DNA from: an uncultured Verrucomicrobiae bacterium
GTDB lineage: Bacteria > Verrucomicrobiota > Verrucomicrobiia > Limisphaerales > AAA164-E04
Direction of reading: 5' to 3'
DNA: 64,000 nt
Assembly (NCBI GenBank): GCA_951813855.1
Contig: OX638380.1
Coordinates: forward strand, 3,934,518 to 3,998,517
Below, piece by piece: positions 45,912 through 56,257 of the stretch. The position numbers were made by a program, and so were the translations under genes. Numbering within the stretch: the stretch's first letter is position 1; the number at the start of each line of letters is the position of its first letter. Under the pieces are notes generated by a model, which saw only the letters and a list, made by a program, of their open reading frames with translations, was not told where the DNA came from and did not search any database.

Positions 45912-46592
45912 ATGGAGGATTCCTCGGGATTTTTTCAGGAATGGTATATGATCTGGGCCAGCGGCGGCTGGTTGATGGTCCCGTTGTTCCTGTTGGCGCT
46001 GGCGCTTTACTTCGTGGCGGTGGACCTGTACTTGAAATTGCAGAATCATTTTCTGATTCAGAGCCGGGTCTACGATTGGTCCAACCAAGAGATCGTCGAC
46101 CGCATTTCCGGCCGCTGGTCCGTGCTTTGGGATTTGCTGGATGTGAGTGCTTCCACCGCCAGGGAGATCCGGCGCCACTTCGACGAGATCAAGGATGAGT
46201 ATCTGTCGCCGGTCAATCGGCGCATCAAGTTTTTGGCGGTGCTGATTACGGTCGGGCCGCTGGTCGGATTGTTGGGCACGGTCACGGGAATGTTGTCCAC
46301 GTTCAACGGCATGGCCGAGGGCCAAGGCTCGAGATTGGACAGCGTGATCGCGGGCATCTCCGAGGCGTTGATCACGACGCAGACGGGGTTGATCATTTCC
46401 ATCCCCGGGTTGGTGTTGCTGTCCCTGATCATCCAGCGGCGCAATCTGCTGCAACGCTCCATCCTGCGGTTGGAGCGATACAACGCTTATTGGATGATGC
46501 ACGTCGAATGGCTTTTCCCTGAAACCGAAGCGGATGCCGAAACCGGCGACGCGGCGGAGAGTTCGGATAACGGAAAGGAAATCGGGTCATGA
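45912..46592 (+). CDS. exbB: MotA/TolQ/ExbB proton channel protein
   Basis: Shows GPLVGLLGTVTGMLSTF...ISEALITTQTGLIISIPGLV and is 226 aa long. Confidence 0.88.
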   Translation: MEDSSGFFQEWYMIWASGGWLMVPLFLLALALYFVAVDLYLKLQNHFLIQSRVYDWSNQEIVDRISGRWSVLWDLLDVSASTAREIRRHFDEIKDEYLSPVNRRIKFLAVLITVGPLVGLLGTVTGMLSTFNGMAEGQGSRLDSVIAGISEALITTQTGLIISIPGLVLLSLIIQRRNLLQRSILRLERYNAYWMMHVEWLFPETEADAETGDAAESSDNGKEIGS

Positions 46593-46999
46593 GGCGAACC
46601 AGGTTGCTGTCGTCCCAATCGGGCAAGGGAATCAACGAGATCAACGTTTCGCCGTTGATCGACATCGTTTTCATTTTATTAATCTTTTTTATTGTCACGA
46701 CGGTTTTCGTCGAGGAAACTGGGGTCGAAGTCCGTCGTCCTCAGTCCGCTTCGGCGTCGCAGCTGGAGAAGCAATCGATATTGATTGCCATTACCGCCGA
46801 TGGCCAAGTGGTCTGGGGGGGCGAGAACATTACGGTGCGAGGAGTACAAGGAGTCGTGAGGCGATTGTTGAAACAGAAGAAGGATCAACCCGTGATCATT
46901 CAAGCGGATAAGGCGGTGACCGTCGAGCAGTACACTCAGGTGCACGACGAGGCGGCGATGGCCGGCGCAACGTTGATCAACATGGCTACGAGGCAATGA
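46589..46999 (+). CDS. exbD: ExbD/TolR biopolymer transport protein
   Basis: INVSPLIDIVFILLIFFIVT is the typical ExbD N-terminal helix. The protein is 136 aa and has ATGA overlaps on both sides. Confidence 0.9.
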   Translation: MRRTRLLSSQSGKGINEINVSPLIDIVFILLIFFIVTTVFVEETGVEVRRPQSASASQLEKQSILIAITADGQVVWGGENITVRGVQGVVRRLLKQKKDQPVIIQADKAVTVEQYTQVHDEAAMAGATLINMATRQ

Positions 47000-47673
47000 G
47001 CCTGACGCGTCTGCCAGATTCATCTTCTCGCTTGCGATCTTTGCTTGCGTTGGGTTGCGCCTTGGTGTTAGCCTTGGCCCTGTTCCTGATTATTCCTATC
47101 AGCCAAGCTCTGCAGGACGTGAACGTCGATCAGATCGAATACCGTGAGTTGGCGGTTGTTGTTCTGGATCCTCCCAAGATTCCGGAGATCGAGCGCGAGA
47201 TGGTGATTGAGGATATTCCGGACACGGTGATCGAGCTGGAGCAGGAGACGACGGAAATGGAATTGAGCCAGTTGGAGATTTCCTTGAATCCGGGGATGGG
47301 CGACGCGCTGTCCATGGGCGTCCAGGCCGGAACGTTCGAAGTTGTCATTGACGTGATCAAGCAACTCGAAGACATTTTCGACATGGACGATTTGGCTAAC
47401 CCGCCGACCCGTGTCAACCAGCCGCAGTACGAGTATCCGCTCGCGCTGGAGCGTCGCGGGATCCACCAGGTCAAGCTCGTGGTCGAGATCCTGATCGACG
47501 AGCGGGGCCGGTCGAGTTTTCAGAAGTTGTTGGAGGTTTCCCATTCGCATCCGGAGGTGAGTAAGATCGCCCGATCAATCGCCAACCGAGTGCGGTTCAC
47601 GGTAACCGAGGTCGACGGACGACCAGTCAAGGTACGGGGCCGATTTCCGATCACCTTGCAACACGCCCTGTAG
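46996..47673 (+). CDS. tonB: TonB-family energy transducer
   Basis: Has an N-terminal anchor helix and a C-terminal TonB_C-like fold (PQYEYPLALERRGIHQVKLVVEILIDERGR...RFTVTEVDGRPVKVRGRFPI). The acidic linker has no Pro-rich spacer. Confidence 0.75.
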   Translation: MSLTRLPDSSSRLRSLLALGCALVLALALFLIIPISQALQDVNVDQIEYRELAVVVLDPPKIPEIEREMVIEDIPDTVIELEQETTEMELSQLEISLNPGMGDALSMGVQAGTFEVVIDVIKQLEDIFDMDDLANPPTRVNQPQYEYPLALERRGIHQVKLVVEILIDERGRSSFQKLLEVSHSHPEVSKIARSIANRVRFTVTEVDGRPVKVRGRFPITLQHAL

Positions 47674-47679
47674 CCGACG

Positions 47680-49026
47680 ATGAAATACTGGATCTACAGT
47701 TTATTCATTGCGGCCACGGTTACCGGGGCCGAGCCTTTTCCTCTGTCGGATTCGGATCCGGACAGTCCGGAGTTTCGCCGGCGGTTTTTTGCGTCCTACG
47801 GAGTCAACGAGGCGATCGATCCGAAACTGACCACCCAGGACCGGTCGTTGTACGAAAAGGTGCTGCCGCTGTTGCGAACGCAACCTCAGGAAGCGATCGC
47901 GTTGGTTCAGGCGGCGATCAAGCCCGACAGCAGTCCGGTGTTCTATTTCTTACTCGGTAACCTGCATTATCAGGTAAATCAGTTCGCCCAGGCTGAGCGG
48001 TGGCTCGAGCAGGCGGTCCAGAAATTTCCGTCGTTCCGCCGCGCTTGGCTTTCATTGGCGCTCTCCCAGGTGCAACTGGGGAACTACGACCAGGCCATCG
48101 CTCCGTTGCTGAAGGTCATCGAATTGGGCGGCGGCGACGCCCGATCCTACGGACTCTTGGGATACGCCTATTTGACCCTCGATAAATACGAATCCGGTTT
48201 GTCGGCCTACCGCATGGCGCGGATGTTCAAACCGGACAGCGTGGATTTCCGCCGGGGGCAAGCGCTTTGCCTGTTGCAGACGTACCAGACCGAAGGCGCC
48301 ATTGCCCTGTTCGACGAACTGATCGCCGAACAACCCGAAGTTCAAGAATTCTGGTTGTCCCAAGCCGAAGGTTATTTGTCCATCGATCAACCCCAAAAGG
48401 CGATCGTCAATCTGGAAATCGCCGCCGGCATGGGAAAGAGCAGTTGGTCCGCTCAAATGTTGCTGGGCGAACTCTACCTGAACGAAGGAATCGTTCATTT
48501 GGCTTCGGCCACCTATCAAAGAGCCTTGGAACAGAAGCGTCCCACGAATTGGAACCAATTGCTCAAGCCCTTGGATAAGCTGATGCAGCATCGGTATTTC
48601 GCAGTGGGACGATCGTACCTGGCTTTCCTCAGATCCGGAGCTTTGCCGGAGGCGACGGCCGAAAGTCAGACCAAGTTGAGTTTGGCGGATGCCCGCATCG
48701 AACTGGAATTGGGCGACGAGACCAAAGGCCTGACGATTCTGGAGGAAGCGCTCGTGAAAGATCCGCTCAATGGCGAGGTCCTGCTGTTATTGGGTAAAAC
48801 CCACCACCGGAACAACGATTACGAAAAGGCGGTCGTGATGTTCGAGCAGGCTCGATCGGTGTTGGAATTTCGTCGCGAAGCCTTGGTGGCCTTGGGACAG
48901 GTGTCGGTGAGCAAGGGCGAATTGCGGGACGCGGTCAAGTATCTGCGGGAAGCGCAGCAGATCGAGGCCAAGGCGAACGTCGGCAATTACCTGGACGCGA
49001 TTCAGGAGCGACTCAATGTCCAGTAG
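47680..49026 (+). CDS. TPR-repeat protein (TtpD position of TonB2-type systems)
   Basis: Signal peptide followed by repeated TPR-like helices (LGNLHYQVNQFAQAERWLEQAV and others). 448 aa. Confidence 0.8.
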   Translation: MKYWIYSLFIAATVTGAEPFPLSDSDPDSPEFRRRFFASYGVNEAIDPKLTTQDRSLYEKVLPLLRTQPQEAIALVQAAIKPDSSPVFYFLLGNLHYQVNQFAQAERWLEQAVQKFPSFRRAWLSLALSQVQLGNYDQAIAPLLKVIELGGGDARSYGLLGYAYLTLDKYESGLSAYRMARMFKPDSVDFRRGQALCLLQTYQTEGAIALFDELIAEQPEVQEFWLSQAEGYLSIDQPQKAIVNLEIAAGMGKSSWSAQMLLGELYLNEGIVHLASATYQRALEQKRPTNWNQLLKPLDKLMQHRYFAVGRSYLAFLRSGALPEATAESQTKLSLADARIELELGDETKGLTILEEALVKDPLNGEVLLLLGKTHHRNNDYEKAVVMFEQARSVLEFRREALVALGQVSVSKGELRDAVKYLREAQQIEAKANVGNYLDAIQERLNVQ

Positions 49027-49310
49027 GCGCGAAATGAATTTGCATGGTCGGAGAGTTGGAAGAGTGGAGTTTCGAGACGCCTTGGTGCGTTGACTTTGGA
49101 TGGAACCAGGCTGAGGGCTAGGGCCGCTTCAGGAAGGACGTAAAATGGTCATTATCGAGCCAACCAATAATCGGGAAAAGGGATTTGTTGATCGTGACGG
49201 GGATGCCTCGCACACGGCTCGCTTACCCTTGGGCCGAGATGGTTTGCCTTCGATGACGATCGGTCTGGAATTTTATCGCGGGATTTGAAGTGACTGAAAC
49301 AATTGGAGTT

Positions 49311-52004
49311 ATGAGAAACGCAATACGCCGGGGGAGTATGTTTTTGGCGGTGGCTGCTTTGCTGGGAACTGGCTCGTTGGCCCAGGAAGCAGCTGAGGAA
49401 GCGATGCCTTCGGAGGATTCGAGGGCGGCGGAAGAAGAAGAAACGGTTATGGACGTTGGTGAAGCCGTTTTGGTCGGATCAAGGCGGCCTGATCGTTCAG
49501 TTGGTGACTCCCCTGTCCCGGTGGATGTCATCTCGGAAAGCGACCTGAGCACTCAGGGTTATGTCGACATGGATTCGATGCTGTCGATTGCCGTTCCATC
49601 CTATAATGTCAATACACAGCCCATCAGTGATGCCGCCACGCTGGTCCGTCCCGCCAGCATGCGAGGTCTATCGGCTGATTCCACTCTGATCTTGGTCAAC
49701 GGTAAACGTCGTCATCGAGCCTCGGTTATTACCTTTTTAGGAGGCGGCATTGCCGATGGGGCTCAGGGACCTGACCTAGCAGCTATCCCCTATATCGCAT
49801 TGAAGCGAGTCGAGGTTTTGCGTGATGGTGCATCTGCTCAGTACGGCTCGGATGCGGTAGCCGGAATCATCAATTTCGTTCTGAAAGATGCCTCCAGTGG
49901 TGGAACGGTCGAAACACGCTGGGGATCACATTACGAAGGAGATGGAGCTTCCTACACGGTAGCGGCGAATGCGGGAACAGCAATCCGTCGAGCGGGCGAG
50001 GTTAATGGTTTCGCTAATTTCAGCGTGGAATACACTGAAAGTCAAGCCACTGTTAGAAGTGTTCAACGGGCTGATGCTCAAGCAATAATTGATGCCAATC
50101 AACCACATATCAGTCCTTACATACGAACGCCATATGCGCAAGTCTGGGGATCTCCTGATGTAGAATACGATTACAAGTTTTTTGGCAATATCGGAATTGA
50201 TCTTACCGATCAGGTTGAGCTCTATATGTTTCCCAGTTTCTCGAAACGTAAAGTGGAAGGCGGGTTTTTCTACCGAAATCCCACTGCCGGACCTGCTGGC
50301 AGAGGTGGTGTTTTTAGGTCCGGGACGACCCATATGGTTGCCGATTTAAGAGAAAATCCCGATCCAAATACTGAGCCTCCTACTGATTTGCCTAAGGTGG
50401 AAACTATTATGGAAAACGGTGCGTATTATCCTGATCCAGATGGTTTACAGGCGATAGCCGAAGACCCAAATTTCTTTACTTTCAATGAAAAATTCCCAGG
50501 TGGTTTCACGCCTAAATTTGGAGGAATTATTACCGACATGAGTCTGGCTGGAGGAGTTCGAGGTAACTTGGAAAATGGCTGGAGATATGACGCCAGCGCA
50601 GTAATTGGACATCATCAGTCGGAATTCTACATGCGTAACACGATAAATCCTCAGTTAATCGCTCATCCAGATTTCAGAGGACAACCAGCCAGTATCCCTA
50701 CTAATTATCGACCTGGCGCTTATGCAGAAACTGACTACACGGTAAATTTTGACTTGTCTAGGCAAATTGAAATGAGTTCGTTGCATTCTCCTTTAAATTT
50801 CGCTACCGGCTTGGAATATCGTGTCGAAGAATTTGAGATCAAGGCGGGAGAAGAATATGGTTGGTGGGTAGACCGACGTCCAGGAGGACTTGCAGAACAA
50901 GGGTTTGGGGTTGGTTCCAATGGTTTTCCCACCTTTCCGCCTTCAATTGCCGGTGCGACTGATAGGGGGAGCTACGCTGCTTATCTGGATTTAGAAGCGG
51001 ACGTGATGGAAAACTTTTTGTTAGGTGCAGCTGTGCGATATGAAGATTACGAAGGCGCAATTGGTGATACGATAAACGGGAAATTAGCTGGTAAATGGCA
51101 AGCGACCGAACAGTTGGCGTTGCGTGCGTCCGTTAGCACGGGATTTCGGGCTCCCACTTTGGGGCAAGCAAGCGTTCGTAACGTAACGACCGCTTTCGCT
51201 CCTTTACCCGATGGCTCATTTGGTTTGGCTGATGTAGCAACTCTTCCTGTGAACGCGCTTCCTTCAAATACATTCGATGGTTTGAAAGCACTTGAACCGG
51301 AAACTTCGTTTAATTTTAGCGTGGGTGCAGTGTTTGAATTCAATAAACTGGAAGTGACTTTGGATTATTACAGAATTGCAATGGACGACCGCATCGCTAC
51401 GACTAGCTTAGTCCCTTGGCCTACAGTTGATTTGTCGGGCAATCCCGTCGGAAACCCGAATAATATCGCCCAGGTGAGATGGTTTAGCAATGATTTCGAT
51501 ACGCTTACTCAAGGTGTTGACATTGTGGCGAGTTATCCGATTAGTTATGGACTAGGAAATGCCGAATCGGGTAATACTACTTTGACAATGGCTTTAAATA
51601 TTAACGACACCTCGGTAGAAAGTGCTGGACAATTTGTAGGTGATCAGCGAATCGATCAGTTAGAGAATAATTTACCCGACACCAAACTGATCCTAAGTGC
51701 AACTCATCACATGGGGCCTTGGACAGTTCTATTACCGCGGTTGCGCTACTATGGAGATTTCATCGAATATTCAGCTGATTCTTGGTATGCCGAATTTGGC
51801 GCTAAGGTTTTAGTTGATTTAGAGGTGAATTACGATTTTGATAGCGGACTTAGTTTAGCTTTTGGAGCTCAAAATCTGTTCGACACATATCCTGATGAAA
51901 ACTCACAAATTGCGCAGGATAGCGTTGGTCTTCACTATCCAGAATCGTCTCCTTATGGATTCAATGGGGGATTCTACTACTTCAAGGCCGCTTATCATTT
52001 CTAA
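49311..52004 (+). CDS. TonB-dependent receptor
   Basis: I prefer the ATG at 49311 (MRNAIRRGSMFLAVAALLGTGSLAQE), preceded by GGAG. The plug has DSPVPVDVISESDL...LILVNGKRRHRASV...RVEVLRDGASAQYGSDAVAGIINFVLKD. The terminal ...FYYFKAAYHF is a typical C-terminal aromatic end. Sampled 60-mers give ~45-48% GC, against ~62% in the TPR gene. Confidence 0.92.
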   Translation: MRNAIRRGSMFLAVAALLGTGSLAQEAAEEAMPSEDSRAAEEEETVMDVGEAVLVGSRRPDRSVGDSPVPVDVISESDLSTQGYVDMDSMLSIAVPSYNVNTQPISDAATLVRPASMRGLSADSTLILVNGKRRHRASVITFLGGGIADGAQGPDLAAIPYIALKRVEVLRDGASAQYGSDAVAGIINFVLKDASSGGTVETRWGSHYEGDGASYTVAANAGTAIRRAGEVNGFANFSVEYTESQATVRSVQRADAQAIIDANQPHISPYIRTPYAQVWGSPDVEYDYKFFGNIGIDLTDQVELYMFPSFSKRKVEGGFFYRNPTAGPAGRGGVFRSGTTHMVADLRENPDPNTEPPTDLPKVETIMENGAYYPDPDGLQAIAEDPNFFTFNEKFPGGFTPKFGGIITDMSLAGGVRGNLENGWRYDASAVIGHHQSEFYMRNTINPQLIAHPDFRGQPASIPTNYRPGAYAETDYTVNFDLSRQIEMSSLHSPLNFATGLEYRVEEFEIKAGEEYGWWVDRRPGGLAEQGFGVGSNGFPTFPPSIAGATDRGSYAAYLDLEADVMENFLLGAAVRYEDYEGAIGDTINGKLAGKWQATEQLALRASVSTGFRAPTLGQASVRNVTTAFAPLPDGSFGLADVATLPVNALPSNTFDGLKALEPETSFNFSVGAVFEFNKLEVTLDYYRIAMDDRIATTSLVPWPTVDLSGNPVGNPNNIAQVRWFSNDFDTLTQGVDIVASYPISYGLGNAESGNTTLTMALNINDTSVESAGQFVGDQRIDQLENNLPDTKLILSATHHMGPWTVLLPRLRYYGDFIEYSADSWYAEFGAKVLVDLEVNYDFDSGLSLAFGAQNLFDTYPDENSQIAQDSVGLHYPESSPYGFNGGFYYFKAAYHF

Positions 52005-52059
52005 AGTTTAGAATTAACGTTGATGATTAAATTTGTTATCAAATCGCTAGGAGCGTCTC

Positions 52060-52709
52060 TTGGCTCTGGAATTGGCGATGGACCGATACGATTTCATCAG
52101 CCGCCAGATTGAATGCTGCGAGGGTCGGATCGACGAGGATAATTGGCGGCCCAACTTCTGCCGCCAAACGGCGGGTGCGTGGACGCAACGACCGAACATC
52201 GCGAGCAGCTGCAACGCCGATGGGATTCGATTTGACCGAGATTCCCACCCTCGGCTTGGAAGTCGCTTTGATAATCACCGCGGAACTCGTCCACGATCTT
52301 TCGTCGTTTTCGACGGCGGGGCGGTTCTGTTCTTGGCTCCGGCTCGCCTCCGGGAACTCAGACCAGCGAGAGCAAAAAGTTATCCACTTGCAAGAAGTTT
52401 TCCGCGGTCAATCGGGTAGGTCAGTTGCTGTGCAAATGCGCCTTTTCGACACGCCGTAATCGACCTTCATCGGCGCCAAGCATCGAGCCCGTTTTGCCTT
52501 GGATGGATGTCCAATGCGCCGTGAAAGCGACCGCTTACGAACTGGTGCGCTTGGTCTACGCCATGATGATCAAAGGGGAGCCCTACGTCGAACAGGGAAT
52601 GAAAGTGCTCGAACACCAACGCCGGGATCATAAATTGGCCCGGTTGAAATGTGACGCCAAAGCATTGGGCTTACGGCTGGAAAAACAGGTCGTCGTGGCA
52701 GCAACCTAA
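52060..52709 (+). pseudogene. IS110-family transposase, 3' two-thirds only, frameshifted
   Basis: The pieces lie in three frames: LELAMDRYDFISRQIECCEGRIDE; LTEIPTLGLEVALIITAELVHDLSSFSTAGRFCSWLRLASGNSDQ; and AVKATAYELVRLVYAMMIKGEPYV. The N-terminal DEDD domain is absent. Confidence 0.75.
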
Positions 52710-52736
52710 AGGATCCCCTCGATTTTTTAGACGGTT

Positions 52737-53034
52737 TTAAGCATATTGAGACTTCTTAAACAACAGTTTTTTCAGATGTTCCATTGCTTGGTTCAGTTTT
52801 TCCAGTGTGAATATAAACTTCTGGTTTTTCCACACCTCTTTTCCCAGATACACTATGGAAATAACTGCTCGATTTTGAATGGTATTGGCTTGAAAATGTT
52901 TTGCTATTCCATGAGTAGTTCCAGCAAATCCCAGAAGCCAGAGCGCAAATGTGGCAACGGCAGCTATGAGGAGAAGGATTGCACCACGCTCAGAACTCTT
53001 GGTATAGATTGAGTCCCAAGTAGTGGTGTAATTA
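52737..53034 (-). pseudogene. C-terminal fragment of an IS4-family (IS10-like) transposase, interrupted by the IS630 element
   Basis: SSERGAILLLIAAVATFALWLLG...KHFQANTIQNRAVISIVYLGKEV resembles my recollection of the IS10 C-terminus (SSERFDIMLLIA...KHFQANTVRNRNVLSTVRLGMEV). The frame continues across the IS630 insertion (…VNLPTRRGSLIYSNNY|TTTWDS) to a TAG near 54270. The fragment is AT-rich. Confidence 0.55.
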
Positions 53035-54186
53035 TCAATCATTGCAAAAGTAATGTCATGTAATTATATATCGAGTATCATCCAATTTAAAATATGATTG
53101 GACCATTCCCTTTTTCTTTTGGATGGATTGCATAATGTTTTGAATTTTCTGTTGCATCGTCTTTTTGTTGGGTATCATTATTTTAGCTAATCTTTGCTTT
53201 AAATGGTTCCAAACCTGCTCATCGGGATTTAATTCAGGGCTGTATGGAGGAAGATATTTCATTTCAATACTATCGTTTTCGGCTACGAACTCTTGGGTAT
53301 ACTCTGCTTTATGATAGCTGGCGTTATCACAAACTACAATTATTTTCCGTCCCACATCCTTAGAGAGTTTCGATAAGAACTCACAAAAACGCTGAGCATT
53401 CATTTTTCCTTTGAAAATGTTAAATATCATCCGCCCGTCAACGAATATGGCTGAAACTAGTTTAATCGAATAGCGATCCCCGGCATCTCGAACTACCGGC
53501 GTGACACCTATTCGAGACCAAGTGGTTCCTCGATGATAATCAGCTCGGACTGACGCTTCATCCAAAAAGAGAATTAGGGCATTCTCTTGCTCAGCTCGTT
53601 GTTTCAAGCCTGGAAACATCTCGAGATACCGTCTGATTTTCTTCTGGTTTTGTTTGTAAGACTTGTGGATGGGGCGCTGGGGAGTTAATCCCATAGAATG
53701 AAGCAATCGACTGATGGTGGAAACGTGAACCGACACCCCGAATTGTTGTTTCAATAACACTTGCATGGTTTTGAGACTCCACAGGCAAAAGTCGAATTGA
53801 AATTGCTTGGGATTTCCCATGGACACCGCGTTGTATAACCATTGAGCCATTTCTTCTGTAATCTTACGGGGACGTCCTGATTTAGGATTGTCTTTGAGTC
53901 CTTCGTAACTCCTAGTCGAAAACCAAACGAGCCAGCGAAATACTGTGCATGCTGACATACCCATTACACTGACAACTTCAGCTACGGTAGAACCATTTTT
54001 AACTGCTTCTACCGCAGTTGTTCTTAGTTCATAGGTATAGTGATTACGAGAAGATTGAGTTGGTTTATCGTTCACGTCTTTATAGACATTCGCAATACAA
54101 AAACGTTGCAAAAAAAAATAAATATTTTTCATTTTTCGGATTAATAAATTCCTGATCAATTATGACATTACTTTTGCAAAGATTGA
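53035..54186 (-). mobile_element. intact IS630-family insertion sequence
   Basis: Has 25-bp TIRs with one mismatch (TCAATCATTGCAAAAGTAATGTCAT versus the reverse complement TCAATCTTTGCAAAAGTAATGTCAT). A TA dinucleotide sits on both flanks (53033..53034 and 54187..54188). The element is 1152 bp and very AT-rich. Confidence 0.9.
53056..54159 (-). CDS. IS630-family (Tc1/mariner-like) DDE transposase
   Basis: Shows ILFLDEASVRADYHRGTTWS, IIVVCDNASYHKA and YLPPYSPELNPDEQVWNHLK, with N-terminal HTH segments. The ORF is uninterrupted. Confidence 0.92.
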   Translation of the reverse strand: MIRNLLIRKMKNIYFFLQRFCIANVYKDVNDKPTQSSRNHYTYELRTTAVEAVKNGSTVAEVVSVMGMSACTVFRWLVWFSTRSYEGLKDNPKSGRPRKITEEMAQWLYNAVSMGNPKQFQFDFCLWSLKTMQVLLKQQFGVSVHVSTISRLLHSMGLTPQRPIHKSYKQNQKKIRRYLEMFPGLKQRAEQENALILFLDEASVRADYHRGTTWSRIGVTPVVRDAGDRYSIKLVSAIFVDGRMIFNIFKGKMNAQRFCEFLSKLSKDVGRKIIVVCDNASYHKAEYTQEFVAENDSIEMKYLPPYSPELNPDEQVWNHLKQRLAKIMIPNKKTMQQKIQNIMQSIQKKKGMVQSYFKLDDTRYIIT

Positions 54187-54727
54187 TATTGGAATAAATC
54201 AATGAGCCTCGTCTTGTAGGCAGATTCACATGAATTGTTGTTATTGGGAATTGAGGCTAGTATCTTCTCGTAAGCGCGGCAGGAAGAAACGACGCCCCGG
54301 CCATAATCTAGCGTCACGGCTACCTCTCGACTGAAAAAGAAGTTGGTTTTGGATACGTTGGCGTCAGCGCTCGAGTTCTCGGTTCGATCACCCTCGGTTG
54401 ATACCGGATAAGGACTTCTCGTGCTTGCAGCACTGGTTTTCCGAAATTACGGGGCTTGGGATTATTCCCGTAATTTTGCTGGAACGGCAATCGAATGCCA
54501 CTCGAAAGCAAACGTTGATGGTCGAGGATATTTGATCTAAAGCCGCCAGACGATCAACCAGGGACGTCGGGTGGAATGAGATCACTCATCTTTTGACAGA
54601 AGCGAAACATGAAATCCTTGATAATGGGAATGCACCCCTTTCGTCAGATCGTTCAGTTCAAAATGGCGTTCAAACCCGCTAATCAATTACGCTTGATTCT
54701 TTTCGTTTTTCGGCAATCATCAGGTTA

Positions 54728-56257
54728 ATGAATCCGACGATTTGCCATTCAAGACGCCTCGTTCTTTTTTCGATTCACTTTTTACGGGTAGTGGTGGTCG
54801 CTCTGAGTTTAGGCGCGATTTCGTCTCTGGGAGCGGATCGACCCAACGTGGTCTTCATTCTCACCGATGACCAGAGAGCCGAGGCTTTGTCGTGCATGGG
54901 GCATCCTCACCTCAAGACCCCGAGCATAGATCGGCTCGCCCGAGAGGGAGCGTTGTTCAAAAACCAATTCTGCACCACTTCGCTCTGCTCGCCCAGCCGC
55001 GCCTCTATCCTCGGCGGGTTATACGCCCATACTCACGGGGTGGTGAACAATTTCACCGATTACCCCCGCGACCTGCCAACTTTCCCCCGTGCTTTGCAGG
55101 CGGAGGGTTACGCCACCGCCTATATCGGCAAATGGCACATGGGCGAGACCGACGACAGTGTACGTCCGGGTTTCGATCACTTCGTCACGCATCGTGGCCA
55201 AGGCAAATACTTCGACAACGTGTTCCGAGCCAACAACGGCGAACGAGAGGTCGTCCCGGGTTACTATACCAGCGTGGTGACCGACATGGCCATCAACTGG
55301 TTGAAAACCCGCAAGAAGGAAAACGACGATCAGCCGTTCTTGCTGATGCTCGGCCACAAGGCTCCGCACAGCTTCTATTTTCCAGAAAAGAAATACGAAC
55401 ACTCCTTCGATCACGCCCGGTTTCCTTATCCGGAGAGTGCGTTCGAACTGGACGATAACCCGGCCTGGACCACTCAGCGCCTCACCACTTGGCACGGCAT
55501 CTACGGCCCGATATTCGAATGGCGTAAAGATTTTCCCGATACTTCTGCCGCCGCCATGCTTGATTTCGAGCGGATGGTTCGCGCTTACCTGGGAACCATT
55601 CAATCGGTGGACGATTCCGTAGGCCGTCTCTACCGGCACCTCAGAAGAACCGGCGAACTCGACAATACGCTCTTCATTTTCACCAGCGATAACGGATTGC
55701 TCGAAGGAGAACACGGCATGGTAGACAAGCGTACCGCTCACGAAGCGTCATTGCACATTCCATTGGTGGTGCGTTATCCGGCACTGATCAAAAAAAGTAC
55801 CGTGATCGAAGCCCAAACGTTGACCCTGGATTTCGCCGCGTCGATTCTGGAAATCTGCGACGCTCCGCCGCTGCCCAAAACCCAAGGCAAATCCTGGAAG
55901 AAACTCGTATCGGAGGGAGATTCTGATTGGCGGACCAGCTGGTATTACGAATACAACTACGAAATGCAGTTTCCCTATACTCCCAACGTTCGCGCCCTGC
56001 GAACCGACGAGTGGAAATACATCCGCTATCCGCACGGCGACGGCTCGCCCGACAAGCATCTGGCTGAACTCTATAACCTGAAAAACGATCCGCAGGAACG
56101 TCGTAATCTGATCGCCGACCCGCAACACGCCGGCTTGATCAAAAAACTCAGAGCCGAGCTCGACCGCCGTATTGCCGAAACGCTTGATGGGAAGAAGGAC
56201 AAGATGCCGATCGATCAGGGCATCAAGAGCGAGCTTCCCGAAAAGAGCATCCGCTAG
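54728..56257 (+). CDS. sulfatase (formylglycine-dependent)
   Basis: Signal peptide, [16 protein letters not shown], and the C-x-P-x-R motif in [13 protein letters not shown]. Confidence 0.92.
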   Translation: MNPTICHSRRLVLFSIHFLRVVVVALSLGAISSLGADRPNVVFILTDDQRAEALSCMGHPHLKTPSIDRLAREGALFKNQFCTTSLCSPSRASILGGLYAHTHGVVNNFTDYPRDLPTFPRALQAEGYATAYIGKWHMGETDDSVRPGFDHFVTHRGQGKYFDNVFRANNGEREVVPGYYTSVVTDMAINWLKTRKKENDDQPFLLMLGHKAPHSFYFPEKKYEHSFDHARFPYPESAFELDDNPAWTTQRLTTWHGIYGPIFEWRKDFPDTSAAAMLDFERMVRAYLGTIQSVDDSVGRLYRHLRRTGELDNTLFIFTSDNGLLEGEHGMVDKRTAHEASLHIPLVVRYPALIKKSTVIEAQTLTLDFAASILEICDAPPLPKTQGKSWKKLVSEGDSDWRTSWYYEYNYEMQFPYTPNVRALRTDEWKYIRYPHGDGSPDKHLAELYNLKNDPQERRNLIADPQHAGLIKKLRAELDRRIAETLDGKKDKMPIDQGIKSELPEKSIR

